Position numbers and translations under genes: made by a program | Assembly (NCBI RefSeq): GCF_009914755.1 | Contig: NC_060928.1 | DNA length: 64,000 nt | Strand: one strand, 5' to 3' | Origin: the human T2T-CHM13v2.0 reference genome, Homo sapiens | Shown here: piece by piece, positions 45,577 to 63,260 of the stretch | How positions within the stretch are numbered: the stretch's first letter is position 1 | Layout: each line of letters begins with the position of its first letter | The notes under the pieces: model-generated | The model's database searches: none | What the model was told of the DNA's origin: nothing | What the model saw: the letters and a program-made list of their open reading frames with translations, nothing else

Positions 45577-46308
45577 TTAAGAATCAAATAAGCCCATTAT
45601 CTAGAAATAAATAGAACTTGCTGTGTAATTCAATTAAATTTGATAGAGCAAATAATTACTGGCACCTGTAGTAGGCACTGTGGAGTACGCCAAGCTTTCC
45701 ATGAGACGCTCCCTCTACCCTCTGTACTTGTTAGTGTATTGCGAACCTATGTTCTCTGTACTGAAGAAACAGAGAATGGAGAATTTCCCATCCTTCTCTC
45801 TAGTCTCAATTTCCAAAGGCAACCTTCCTATAATTTCACTCTCTTGCATAGGAAATTCATACAAAGTCCATCAGCCCTGTAATTAGTCTAGAGCAAGCGG
45901 TGAAAAAGTAGGGATGAGAACAGGCAGATTTAGCAACTCATGTTGAAGTATCCACCTTACTCCAGAAACTGGTAGTGACTATAATGGATCTTTTCCTCTG
46001 CTACTCTTTTACTTTCATGCCCAGACTTAACGTTATCAGTCTAGAATTTCTGATACTCCAGAGGAAACCCGTATGAGATACTGCATGTGGCTCTCTGACC
46101 TCATTCTCCCTGCCCAAACTTCTGAGATCCCACCCCAAGGAAAGGCTGCTGAATTGCAGCAAGATTATACTCAAAACCATGTCCTGTTTCTTTCCAGGTC
46201 TTTTGTAGGATGTATTCATTCTGGGGAATAAATAGAAATAGGAAAATCTCCACTACTACCACCTTAGTCCAAGCCATTACACCATTACATGTCTCACCTG
46301 GTTATTGC

Positions 46309-46310
<2 letters not shown>

Positions 46311-46360
<50 letters not shown>
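46311..46360. repeat. (CA)25 microsatellite at an Alu tail
   Basis: Perfect CA run. Confidence 0.97.
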
Positions 46361-46362
<2 letters not shown>

Positions 46363-46363
<1 letters not shown>

Positions 46364-46652
46364 GTTTAGAGACAGAGTCTTGCTGTGTTGCCAAGGCTGG
46401 AGTGCAGTGGTGCAATCACAGCTTACTGTAACCTTGAACTCCCATGCTCAAACTATCCTTCTGCCTCAGCCTCCAAGTAGGTAGAACTACAGGTGTGCCT
46501 CACCATGCCTGGTTAATCATTTTTTAGCTTTTTAGATAGAGGTGGGGTCTTGCTATGTTGCCCAGGCTAGTCTTGAACTCCTGGCCTCAAATGATCCTTC
46601 CACCTCAGCCCTCCAAAATGCTAGGATTACAGATGTGAGCCCCTGCATCAGG
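46363..46652 (-). mobile_element. AluJ SINE
   Basis: Antisense J-type dimer; ggYtattgcaa direct repeats enclose the Alu plus (CA)n. Confidence 0.9.
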
Positions 46653-47867
46653 AATGGCTATTGCAATATTCTTCTAACTGGTTAACCTGTTTCTGTTCTA
46701 GACATTCCAACACATCAGGCATGCTGTCACCTCAGGCCATTTGTACTTGCTCTTCCCTCTGTCTGGACCACATTTCACTCTATTTTGGGCTCTATCCTGC
46801 AGTGTCTCTGTACTGAAATGTCAACATCCTCAGTGAGGATTTATCTGGGCTACTTTATATGAAATTGTAACTCCCAGGCCTTATGTTTCCTAATCCCATT
46901 CCAAATTTTATTTTTCACTAAGTTATTTATTGTCATCGAATGTATTGCATATTTAAAATTTTTACTCTGTCTATTCTCTGTCTCTCACTACATGATGTAA
47001 GGTTTGTGAAATATTTTTGTCTGTTTTCTCACCATTGTGTTCCCGGTGCCTGAATGGTACTGCCACATAGTGTCACAAGGTATAGTTTTTATTGTACTTT
47101 GCTTCTTCTGCTTCAATAAAGTACAAATACAGTGCAAGAATTCTATCTTACCATTACAAGCTAATGTATCATCATCATATATTTGATGACAAATATATGA
47201 CAAACTATATATATATAAATTCATATATTTACTGCTTCAACAAACATACATATACATATATTTGTCGAAAGAATAAATAAATAAATAAATGTATAAAAGA
47301 AGGGACTTACTCCTACCTTATACATATTTTTTAGAATACTCTAGTTCCAGTCCAAAACTTGGTTAGAACAACACTTAGTTTTCACTTGAGCAAAGAGAAC
47401 CAATTCCACATTTGCACCTGGTGTTTTCTTTGTTACAGATCACAACATTCAGTGTTTGAATTTTGTCTTTTCTAGCTTAAGAGAAGAATGTTGAGGGCAA
47501 GTTTAGTAATTTCTGACTTTTCTCACATTTTTGAAAGAGGCACTTGCATTAGAAAGTAAAAAATCTTTACGCTTTCCAGAAATAATCCCTTTGAGGAAAC
47601 ATCTCAGAAATAACGTTTAAACGTATCTTTGTGTAATGTGCATATACTAAGAAAAAATACCTCTTTAAGTAGATTAGGGCTGCTTTTAATAATTGAAGTG
47701 TGTGATCACATTTCAAACTCAGTTCTTCATCTTGATCTTCAGATATTTAACAGAATATTTGGGTCAGATGGTCAACAACTGCACATATTTCTTTTTTCTT
47801 CTTTGACTTAAGTGAAGGGAGTAACAAGAGAGTTTTCTCTGCAGGAGAAAGAGTTGGGGGTGGGGTG

Positions 47868-48076
47868 GGGAGTCAACAAATATGTCCCACCACCTGTTTC
47901 TATAAAGTTTTATTGGAACATATCCATGCCCATTTCGTAACTTGTTGACTGTGCATACAGCCTATGCTCACTTTCATGCTAAAACAGCTGAATTGAGTAG
48001 TTGCAACAGAGATATGACTTTCAAAGCCTAACATAATTGCTGCCTGGTCCTGTATAAAAACAATTGTGGATCCCTG
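47868..48076. mobile_element. MER58A hAT-Charlie MITE
   Basis: ataaagttttattggaaca...gaattgagtagttgcaacagaga. Confidence 0.8.
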
Positions 48077-48545
48077 ACATTTGACTATAACCAATACTAG
48101 TTGGGAAGGCCAGTGGAAAGGCATGTGGCCACATGGAGGAGGCTAAAATAAAAGTGTTTGATAAATAATCCAGAGGATGGCTACTTAGTTCTTAATTAAT
48201 TTGTAGTTACATATTTTCTCGATTTGTACAATTGCTGAGATCTGTTACATTATTTGTAAATAAAACTATCCTCGTTGACATATTATAATTCAGAACTGTT
48301 TCATTTTAGTTTCGGATTCATTTCCAAGTAACAGTGACTTCTGCCACTAATTTGCAATTATTTTACAGCTTTTTAGATCAAGTGCTACTCCATAAGCAAT
48401 ACTGCATTTTATAACACAAATTACACACTGATTTACCTGTTTTAAATGTGTATCTTTTAATATATGATTAAAATTTTTTGCAAGTTAGCCCTGTTACAGT
48501 GATTAGTTTGGATAAAATCATGTATCTTTAAATACATTTAAAAAA

Positions 48546-48868
48546 ATTTATTTATTTATTTATTTTTTATTTTTATTTTTATTTTTTTTGAGACAGAGTC
48601 TCGCTCTGTCGCCCAGGCTGGAGTGCAGTGGCGCGACCTTGGCTCACTGCAAGCTCCGCCTCACGGGTTCACGCCATTCTCCTGCCTCATCCTCCTGTAG
48701 CTGGGACTACAGGCGCCCGCCACCATGCCCAGCTAATTTTTTGTATTTTTAGTAGAGACAGGGTTTCACCATGTTAGCCAGGACGGTCTCGATCTCCTGA
48801 TCTCGTGATCTGCCCGCCTCGGCCTCCCAAAGTGCTGGGATTACAGGCGTGAGCCACCGGGCCCGGCC
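48546..48868 (-). mobile_element. AluY SINE
   Basis: gcaagctccgcc, gggttcacgccattctcc and gttagccaggaYggtctcgatctcc diagnostics. Confidence 0.95.
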
Positions 48869-48947
48869 AAAAATATATATTTAAAAATATAAAAATGTAT
48901 AAAACTATGTCACAATGAGAAAGTTGGGTAGCAATAATGCTACAGTT

Positions 48948-49227
48948 TGGCGGTCCCCAACATTTCGGGCACCACGGATGGTGGGGGGCAATGATTTCGG
49001 GATGAAACTGCTCCATCTAGTAAGAGTGAGCAACCTGATCCTTTGCATGTGCAGTTCACAATAGGGTTCGTGCTACTATGAAAATCTAAAGCCACTGCTG
49101 ACCTGACAGGAGGTGGAGCTCAGGCAGTAATGCTCCCTTGACCAGCGCTCACCTCCTGCTGTGCAGCCCAGTTCCTAAAAGGCCATGGACCAGTACCAGA
49201 TGGAGGCCTGGGGTTTGAGGACCTCTG
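48948..49227. mobile_element. MER1B hAT-Charlie MITE
   Basis: gcggtccccaac...tgacaggaggtggagctcaggcagtaatgct...gaggacctctg; 8-bp TSD ctacagtt/ctatagtt. Confidence 0.88.
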
Positions 49228-49779
49228 CTATAGTTAATTTGGTTACTGCATCAGCTTCTATAGAAACAACTTGCTTCTTAGATTTTCTTAAAATACAGAG
49301 AGCATCTATAGATTTAATGTTATGTCATATTTTTGGAACATCAAGATAAACTATATTGAAATGCCTATTGAGATGTGTGATAAGTAATCAAAATTAAGTA
49401 CTATTCAACATCTGAGAAGCTTTCAGAATGTGTTACCTGAATTTGATAATCTCTAGGAAGGCTATACTGAGAATATTTGTCATTTCAGTATAACACAAAG
49501 TGTCAAATGAAGGCTTTGGATATATTTATTGGAAGATACAGGGATATGTGACATTTTTTAATATTAAATGCAACTCTACTGATCTGAAAAATTTAGATGT
49601 CTCTGTAAACATACTGCAAACAGATCTACTTCAGCACTTTAGAAAACAGAGTAGACTTCTGCCCACAGAACAGGCTTGAATGGAAACCATCAAGTCACAA
49701 ATAGAGAATGCATCTGGTACTTCATTGTTGCAGTAAAATCTATCATTAAATCAAAATGTAAAATTTGAATTTACAGAAT

Positions 49780-49985
49780 CATATATGTGCCAGCTATTGT
49801 TCTATGTGCTATCCTGGTGTTATCTCATTTGTTCTTCATAACAACCTTTCTATCCTGATGAGGAAACTCAGGCTTAGAGAGGCCAAGTAATTTCCGAAGA
49901 ACACGGAGAAAGGAAGTGATAGAGTCAAGTTTTGATTCATTAGACAATTCGTTTGCTCCTAAAGTCCAGCTCTTAACCTCTGCAG
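49780..49985 (-). mobile_element. MIR SINE
   Basis: gatgaggaaactcaggcttagagaggccaagtaatttcc. Confidence 0.75.
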
Positions 49986-50356
49986 CGTACTGCTACTCTA
50001 GATAATAGTAATCTTAGCTTATGGAAAATGGGGTGCGGGGAATACTTAAATGAATCCTTTCTTTTCATCTGTTTTCATGTTTTGCACAATCTTAAAACAG
50101 TGCTAAAAACAATGTTGTCTCCTATTCTCATTATGTCTTGCACTTTTCAATCCTGCCTCCCTTACTTTTGCATCTCTCATGTACTTAGTTGCATTTTACA
50201 GAAGATCCCTACAAGTAAAAGTAAAAACTATTTTTTCAAGGCATTACAGTAATCCTTTTCTTATTTATCTTTTTCCTTGATTTCTTAAATATAATATAAA
50301 TCTTACCTATTATTCACGATTTGAAATGTGTTTTCTTATTAAAGAAAAGCCAAACA

Positions 50357-50696
<340 letters not shown>

Positions 50697-51710
50697 TCAG
50701 ACAGCTGTATTATGTTGAGATGACTTAGATCTGGAAGGTGTTCATTCTACTGGAAATTTCTGGCAATAAATATTTTATCTTGATTTATGGTGTGGAAATA
50801 ATTATTGTTATTTTACAGATTTCATATACTTCAATTGGAAGAACAACTTTTGGAAAGCATCTTTCGATTGTCTGATTGTCCAGGCACCAGTCACTGCCCT
50901 GAATGATTTCAATTTAATTGAACCATGTGGTACTTGTGTCAATAATTTTAGATAATGCTTGTAAAGAGACTTGGGGGTGAAAAGTGCAATGTAGCAGAAA
51001 CACACGTTGCTGATATAATGCCATCAGCCTAAATATGTCAAGGTGATATACAAGCACATTATTTGTACACTTTTATGTAGAGCCAATCAGTATAGTGTTT
51101 AAACACAATCTGGATAGCACCCTTCCCCTCCATGATCACGAGAATCCTTGTGACTCTTTGGAAAAAAACCTAAGTTGTTTTACTCTGACTTCCTTTCTCC
51201 ATCTCCCAGCTCCTGGACTGTTGCCTGAGCAGAAAGTCATTACGCAGCATGTAGAGGTTGAAGAGTGTAGCCACATTGTCTGCTAAATGCACATCTGGCT
51301 GGAATTTTTAGTTCTACCCTTAGGATTGAGAAAACGAGGTGAGATTTTGGGTAAACAGTTGATAGATTCATCAAAACTTAATTATGTAAATGATCAATGA
51401 TCTACTATTGACTAATTAATACTCTCTTCATTCCAGAAAAGGTATTTTACATATCCATATGTAAAATAAGTTAAAAGGTATGCATGAATAGAAAGTCAGG
51501 GCCAGCGCAAATGTAATGTGAGGGTCGAATCTAGGGAGAATTAGAACTATTCAGACCAATGGGAGTAAAGCTGAGTTCAGTTGGCTCTAAACTTCCTGGT
51601 GACTGAGGTGGAATGGGAAACATGATTGGTGAAGCCTAAATTTAATTCATTGAAAATAAACTACGCAAAGATTTCAGTGCATTATGTTGATCACTAAGAC
51701 TCAAAATGGG

Positions 51711-52348
<638 letters not shown>

Positions 52349-52660
52349 TAATTTTTAGGGAAGTGAATGGATTTATTCTGTCCTGCCACAGGTAACATAA
52401 CTAAATGTATTATTTCTCTACCTTAAAAGGCACTGGAAAGAAAAAAAAATTCTTTTTACAATGTAGGTCATTTAAATATGGAGTATAATTAATTCACTTG
52501 GCAAATCTGGCCGGTCATATTCTTAGTTCAATTATAAGGACCAAATCCAGTGATGTTATTTAAAACTACCTGGAGATATAGTATCTTTCTTTGCATTTGC
52601 CCCAGTATATTCCTGTTTCTAGGCTTTTATTTAGTCTGTGACCTTTGTCTTAAATATGCC

Positions 52661-53151
52661 TGTTAGGAACTGTGAAGGGTCTGATATATTACCTTACTTG
52701 CTAGCTAACAAGTTAGCCTGCCATGGTTTCATGACCCCAAGCAATAGCAGTAGCTGGTGTATTAGCATTTATGTCACTGCCCCAAGCTCCAGTTCCAACA
52801 GTGTGACCACCCAACAGGGTGACATAAAGTGGGCCAGGTGACACCTGTACACCCCGTGGGTTGCATTGCCGGAGAGGAACTCTGAGCTTACGGAAACTAA
52901 GTGTTTTATAATGGGCAGTTAGCATGTCTGCTCCATTGCCCCAGAGAGAGATATTCTTTCTACCTTCCAAGGTGGTTAGCTATACAAACATCCCTGAAAA
53001 GATAGTTTGGAACAGTGACAGTTCACTCCTCTGCTTGCAAGAAATTTAGAAATGCCCAGTTTGATTGCTCATCAGAAATAAAAAAGAAAGGAAAAAGAAA
53101 AAAAAAGTAATGTAAAAATGTAAGACACCTATGGAGAACTGTCTCCTAACA
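52661..53151 (-). mobile_element. ERVL solo LTR (LTR47-like)
   Basis: tgttagga...tcctaaca inverted termini; 5-bp TSD atgcc/atacc; ctatacaaacatccctgaaaagatagt motif. Confidence 0.7.
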
Positions 53152-53407
53152 ATACCCTCACTACTTTTATCTACTGAAATGCTATTCATTCCGGAAAATC
53201 AACACTTTAAGAACCACCTCCTTTCAGCCTTCTTGGTGCCTATGTTTTAGAGAAACCTTCTCTCTCATTGACTTTTCATTGTATTATAGCCTATACCAAT
53301 ATTTTATATTAATCATCTAATTTACACCTCCCTGTGTCTTATGGTTTCACGTATTATATTTTCAAGGAGGATCTAAGATCTGTGAGGGCAGAAACCACTT
53401 TTAGAGC

Positions 53408-53640
53408 TATTTTGCATCCACTACAATACTCAATACTGTAGATGGTATGTAGAGAATATATATGAGGATGTGAGAAAAGGCAACATTTGGAAAAGTTGTC
53501 CATGGCAACAAAATGAAAAATTTGTATTTTGTATCCACAGTAATATTCAATACTGTAGATGCTATATAGAGAATATATATGAGGGTATGAGAAAAGGCAA
53601 CAATTGGAAAGGTTATCCATGGTAACAAAATGAAAACTGG
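53408..53640. repeat. 117-bp tandem duplication (2 copies, ~88% identical, no indels)
   Basis: Copies start at 53408 and 53525; by-eye alignment gives about 13 mismatches in 112 nt. Confidence 0.93.
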
Positions 53641-54141
53641 CCATAGTTTCCTATTTGTCATGCTATAGCGACCAAAAAATGGAATTCCCAGACTAAGAAT
53701 CTGAAGGTCTATGACTTCATAGTTATAGCATGACAGGATTCCACAGCTAACTCCTGGCTTGACTTTACTGGAGTTTAATCTCAGTGTGTTGGTGACTTGT
53801 GTTGATTTATCTCTGATTAAATATAGGGGAGGGAAGGGACTCTCATGAGGCAAGGCTGACTCTTTTCTTATCCAGAAGCTTCTTGGACAAATGGGATCAT
53901 GCAAATGTGTGGAAGAAAAGTCTCAACAAGGTGGAGGATGAAATTCTGGGACACTATCATACATGTAGATATGAATTCATCCAGCAACAAATCCATATTT
54001 ACAGGAAAAGAACTATCTGCACTGTGCCAGCCATGCAAGTCTGACTCTGACATGAGAGAATGAGACCAGCATGTGGCTTTGAAGTATCTTGGCAATCCTC
54101 ACAAATATTTTTTTCCTTCCATTTTTCTTAAAAAAGAAAGA

Positions 54142-54503
<362 letters not shown>

Positions 54504-54529
54504 CTATAAAACATTAATTTATAGTTAGA

Positions 54530-54760
54530 TGTGTGAGTGGCATTATGGCCAAGAGGAAAGTATAGGCTTTGGAATGTGTTAAAATCTGGACTGTACCACT
54601 TATCCAGTATGTGTGTCAGGTTAAATTGTGTGGGCTTGCTGAGTTATCAGTAAATGTGGAAAATGAAACCCACTTCTTGAGATATTTGAATTAAATGGGA
54701 TAATGTATGTCACATACCCATTGCAGGGTCTGGCACCAAAATGATAACATCTATTATTAT
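54530..54760 (+). mobile_element. MIR SINE
   Basis: Degenerate MIR ending in aattaaatgggataatgtatgt...tctggcac. Confidence 0.55.
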
Positions 54761-57028
54761 TAAGCAATTGACTCATAAGGACGATTGATGGCTGGAAGAC
54801 TGAAGAAGAATTAAAAAGATCTCTTACAGGCATCCCAAGTAGGAAATAGATGTTGATGTAGGTTTTAACTATAAGCAAGGGTACCCACCAGGCTTCAGAA
54901 ATGGAGGAAAAAAAGATGACTGCTTTCTAGATGGTTGTCCTAGTTAGTGATGGATTAAATCAAACCTTTTAGCCTTCAGAACCAAGGAGAAAAAAAAAAA
55001 AGAAACAACTTTGTAAACATCAATCTTTGTATATTTTTCATGCTGAAAGTAGACAATTTACATAATTCCTTCTGATATAAGGCTTTGCCTGAGTTTCAGG
55101 TTGGCTTTTCATATTTTTTGCATGCTTTTTAGGTCTCCCCATTTTTAATATAAAATAAAATTATAATGTAGGGAGTGATGATTTCTTTGTCAAACTGAAA
55201 TAAGTTAATTGGTAATTTTCCAAGATAGTCTAAAGGGGGTAAGTTATATTTATGTGATCTAAATCCGTTGGTTAAATGCAGAGGGATTAACATCTGTTAA
55301 AAGAGTTGTGCTTGGCATGCAGGTGTTTCAATATTTGCATTTAGTATGTGTTTCAGAAACAGCCTCTGAGAAAAACATTTATATAACAATCTGGTGTTTT
55401 ATTGTCTAAATCTGTCGGGACAGTCATTTTGTTACTCAGACTTTGTGACCCTCTTGCAAGCCGTAAACTATTTAACGAAGTGAGTATATTGAGAAAGATG
55501 ACAGACTTCCAAACTTTGGGGAAAGAGTATTATATGAGAAGAATCAGCTTTTCCTCCTGAGACTGTGCCTAATATGTGAACAGCAAAAACAATTACACTG
55601 GTGATTTCAGGAAGTCCAATAAATTCCATAGCACAGTCTCACTTTTGAAATATTACATCACTCAGCAAAAGCTTATGTTCGTATATTAAGCTGAAATGGA
55701 CTAATCATTAATTAATTACCATGAGTTCAGTTTTGTGAATGGAGTGCGGAGGTAGGGCTCTGGTTTCAGTCCACTCAGAGCTGCAGGGTTTAACTACGGC
55801 TGCAGTTTAAGTCTCACAGTGCCCATATGTGGAGGGCAAGTTGATCTCCTTATTTCAGCCGTCTTCACGATCACCTCTCATTGTGGTGATTGACTTAACC
55901 ATTTTGTAATCCACACTGTTAAAATAACTTGTGCTCTGGTCGGTTTGTTTTGTAGGTACAGTGGGGAAAATAAATGTAGTGCATCTCCAGAGATTTGTGG
56001 CTTGAAATTAGAAAGAAAATAGACAAATCAAGTGGTTTCACACATTGCCAGATTATACCTCAAGAAAATTAAAACTGGATAAAAGCTGAATTATAAGTGA
56101 GCTCTGCTTTATAAATAAACCACACATGGCTATGATAGCGCATGATGGCTCACTTTGGCGTCATTACTTTTAAAATGTTTAAATGTACTCAGGGTGCATG
56201 AATTCCAGTCAGAAACACTGTCTTGTGTGTAAATAACAATTAACTTTTAATGTTAATGTCTGCTGTGTGGCTTGTTCTCACACAATTATGTTGTTTTTGA
56301 CTCTAGATGGTTCCCAAATCAAGTTCAGGACACTTTGGGCATTCACCGAGGAAGTTTCAGTGGATGCAGATTTCAGATATTTTCTGGCTTTAGGGAATTG
56401 TCTCCCCAAAACCACTGGGTGGGGCAGGGATGTGTATGTGAGGTCATGTTTAGACTTTTGCCTGATAGCTTCTGGAGTGGTTTGCACTTCTCCAGGGCTA
56501 GAACAGCCATCTACAGTTATATTTACTGAATACAAACACTGTCCCAAATTTTGTGGCCAGTCTCATGAACTCTACCTTATCTCTATCTCTCCTTCAGGTG
56601 GTTTCCAGAATTTTGATAAAATAAGCAGAAATATCTCCAGGAATTTGTGGGGAGGAGAACCTAGTTGATGGTCAGCTTTCAATTTTGCCAATTATAGACA
56701 TGAAAGAAACTACTTTTATCACTTAATAAATGGCAGTACCTTTTAATACCAGTATTAAGACAGTTATAATCAATGAACGAAAAACAGCGCTTTAAATGGA
56801 GTCAATTTAACTTTTCTTTTATTATTATACTTAAAGTTTTAGGGTACATGTGCACAATGTGCAGGTTAGTTACATATGTACACTTGTGCCATGCTGGTGT
56901 GCTGCACCCATTAACTCATCATTTAGCATTAGGTATATCTCCTAATGCTATCCCTCCCCCCTTCCCCCACCCCACAACAGTCTCCAGAGTGTGATGTTCC
57001 CCTTCCTGTGTCCATGTGTTCTCATTGT

Positions 57029-60848
<3,820 letters not shown>

Positions 60849-60911
60849 TATGATGTTAGCTGGTTATTTTGCTTGTTAGTTGATGCAGTTTCTTCCTAGC
60901 CTCGATGGTCT

Positions 60912-61928
60912 TTACATTTTGGCATGATTTTGCAGCGGCTGGTACCGGTTGTGCCTTTCCATGTTTAGTGCTTCCTTCAGGAGCTCTTTTAGGGCAGGCC
61001 TGGTAGTGACAAAATCTCTCAGCATTTGCTTGTCAGTAAAGTATTTTATTTCTCCTTCACTTATGAAGCTTAGTTTGGCTGGATATGAAATTCTGGGTTG
61101 AAAATTCTTTTCTTTAAGAATGTTGAATATTGGCCCCCACTCTCTTCTGGCTTGTAGAGTTTCTGCAGAGAGATCAGTTGTTAGTCTGATGGGCTTCCCT
61201 TTGTGGGTAATCCGACCTTTCTCTCTGGCTGCCCTTAACATTTTTTCCCTCATTTCAACTTTGGTGAATCTGACAATTATGTGTCTTGGAGTTGCTCTTC
61301 TCGAGGAGTATCTTTGTGGCATTCTCTGTATTTCCTGAATCTGAATGTTGGCTTGCCTTGCTAGATTGGGGAAGTTCTCCTGGATAATATCCTGCAGAGT
61401 GTTTTCCAACTTGGTTCCATTCTCCCCGTCACTTTCAGGTACATCAATCAGACACAGATTTGGTCTTTTCACATAGTCCCATATTTCTTGGAGGCTTTGT
61501 TCGTTTCTTTTTATTCTTTTTTCTCTAAACTTCCCTTCTCACTTCATTTCATTCATTTGATCTTCCATCACTGATACCCTTTCTTCCAGTTGATTGCATC
61601 GGCTCCTGAGGCTTCTGCATTCTTCATGTAGTTCTCGAGCCTTGGCTTTCAGCTCCATCAGCTCCCTTAAGCACTTCTCTGTATTGGTTATTCTAGTTAT
61701 ACATTCGTCTAAATTTTTTTCAAAGTTTTCTACTTCTTTGCCTTTGGTTTGAATTTCCTCCTGTAGCTCGGAGTAGTTTGATCGTCTGAAGCCTTCTTCT
61801 CTCAACTCGTCAAAGTCATTCTCCGTCCAGCTTTGTTCCGTTGCTGGTGAGGAGCTCTGTTCCTTTGGAGGAGGAGAGGCGCTCTGCTTTTTAGAGTTTC
61901 CAGTTTTTCTGCTCTATTTTTTCCCCAT
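60912..61928 (-). pseudogene. L1 ORF1 (RNA-binding protein), disrupted
   Basis: ATG GGG AAA AAA TAG (stop at codon 5) and a second stop at 61539; C-terminal YPAKLS...PLQNHAKM intact. Confidence 0.93.
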
Positions 61929-62955
61929 CTTTGTGGTTTTATCTACTTTTGGTCTTTGATGATGGTGATGTACAGATGGGTTTTTGGTGTGGATGTCCTT
62001 TCTGTTTGTTAGTTTTCCTTCTAACAGACAGGACCCTCAGCTGCAGGTCTGTTGGAGTTTGCTAGAGGTCCACTCCAGACCCTGTTTTCCTGGGTATCAG
62101 CAGGGGTGTCTGTACAACCGCGGATTTTCATGATCCACGAATGCTGCTGTCTGATCTTTCCTCTAGAAGTTTTGTCTCAGAGGAGTACCCGGCCGTGTGA
62201 GGTGTCAGTCTGCCCCTACTGGGGGGTGCCTCCCAGTTAGGCTGCTCGGGGTCAGGGGTCAGGGACCCACTTGAGGAGGCAGTCTGCCCGTTCTCAGATC
62301 TCCAGCTGCGTGCTGGGAGAACCACTGCTTTCCTCAAAGCTGTCAGACAGGGACGTTTAAGTCTGCAGAGGTTACTGCTGTCTTTTTGTTTGTCTGTGCC
62401 CTGCCCCCAGAGGTGGAGCCTACAGAGGCAAGCAGGCTTCCTTGAGCTGTGGTGGGCTCCACCCAGTTCGAGCTTCCCCGCTGCTTTGTTTACCTAAGCG
62501 AGCCTGGGCAATGGCGGCCGCCCCTCCCCCAGCCTCATTACTGCCTTGCAGTTTGATCTCAGACTGCTGTGCTAGCAATCAGCGAGACTCCCTGGGCGTA
62601 GGACCCTCCGAGCCAGGTGTGGGAAATAATCTCCTGGTGCACCGTTTCCTAAGCCCGTCGGAAAAGCGCAGTATTTGGGTGGGAGTGGCCCGATTTTCCA
62701 GGTGCCCTCCTTTCCTTGACCAGGAAAGGGAACTCCCTGACCCCTTACGCTTCCCAAGTGAGGCAATGCCTCGCCCTGCTTCGGCTGGCGCACGGTGCCC
62801 TGCACCCACTGTCCTGCACCCACTGTCTGGCACTCCCTAGTGAGATGAACCCGGTACCTCAGATGGAAATGCAGAAATCACCCATCTTCTGCGTGGCTCA
62901 TGCTGGGAGCTGTAGACCAGAGCTGTTCCTATTCAGCCATCTTGGCTCCCGGATC
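61929..62955. promoter_or_regulatory. L1 5'UTR sense and antisense promoter region
   Basis: CpG-rich 5'UTR; YY1-type caagatggc core at the 5' end. Confidence 0.65.
62511..62840 (+). CDS. L1 antisense ORF0 homolog, open and C-terminally extended (109 aa)
   Basis: gcaATGG context; MAAAPPPASLLPCSLISDCCASNQRDS matches primate L1 ORF0; expression unknown. Confidence 0.45.
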   Translation: MAAAPPPASLLPCSLISDCCASNQRDSLGVGPSEPGVGNNLLVHRFLSPSEKRSIWVGVARFSRCPPFLDQERELPDPLRFPSEAMPRPASAGARCPAPTVLHPLSGTP

Positions 62956-63069
62956 CAGTTTAACTTTTGCAGAGGTAATTTCGTGGTCTCTTTTTCTTAT
63001 TTGAATGACAATTTTGCCATGGGTTGACATCTAGCAAGAGAATGTTGAGAATCATTGAAAAACTTCAAG

Positions 63070-63260
63070 TACCTTTGAATTGGAATCAGGAGACCTGGGT
63101 TGGGGGTCAGACACCATTCCATGTTAGCTATGGGATTCTTTCTGAGCTTTCTTTGTAAAATGGAGATGGTAACCCTTGCCTGGATTTTCTCACAAGGCTA
63201 TTGTGAAATGCATATTGTGGAATGATGTATGCAAAAGTGTTTTTTAAACCAGAAAGCACA
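63070..63260 (+). mobile_element. MIR SINE
   Basis: ggaatcaggagacctgggtt...tttgtaaaatggagatggtaac. Confidence 0.7.

Larger units (their letters stand above)
46245..47290 (+). mobile_element. L2 LINE 3' region interrupted by an AluJ and a local duplication
   Basis: accaccttagtccaagccat...; cctcaggccatttgtacttgctcttccctctgtctgga; terminal atatttgtcgaaagaataaat. Confidence 0.7.

Noticed and set aside
56267-56668. 133-aa + strand ORF
   Set aside because: GTG start, no homology recognised, no convincing splice context
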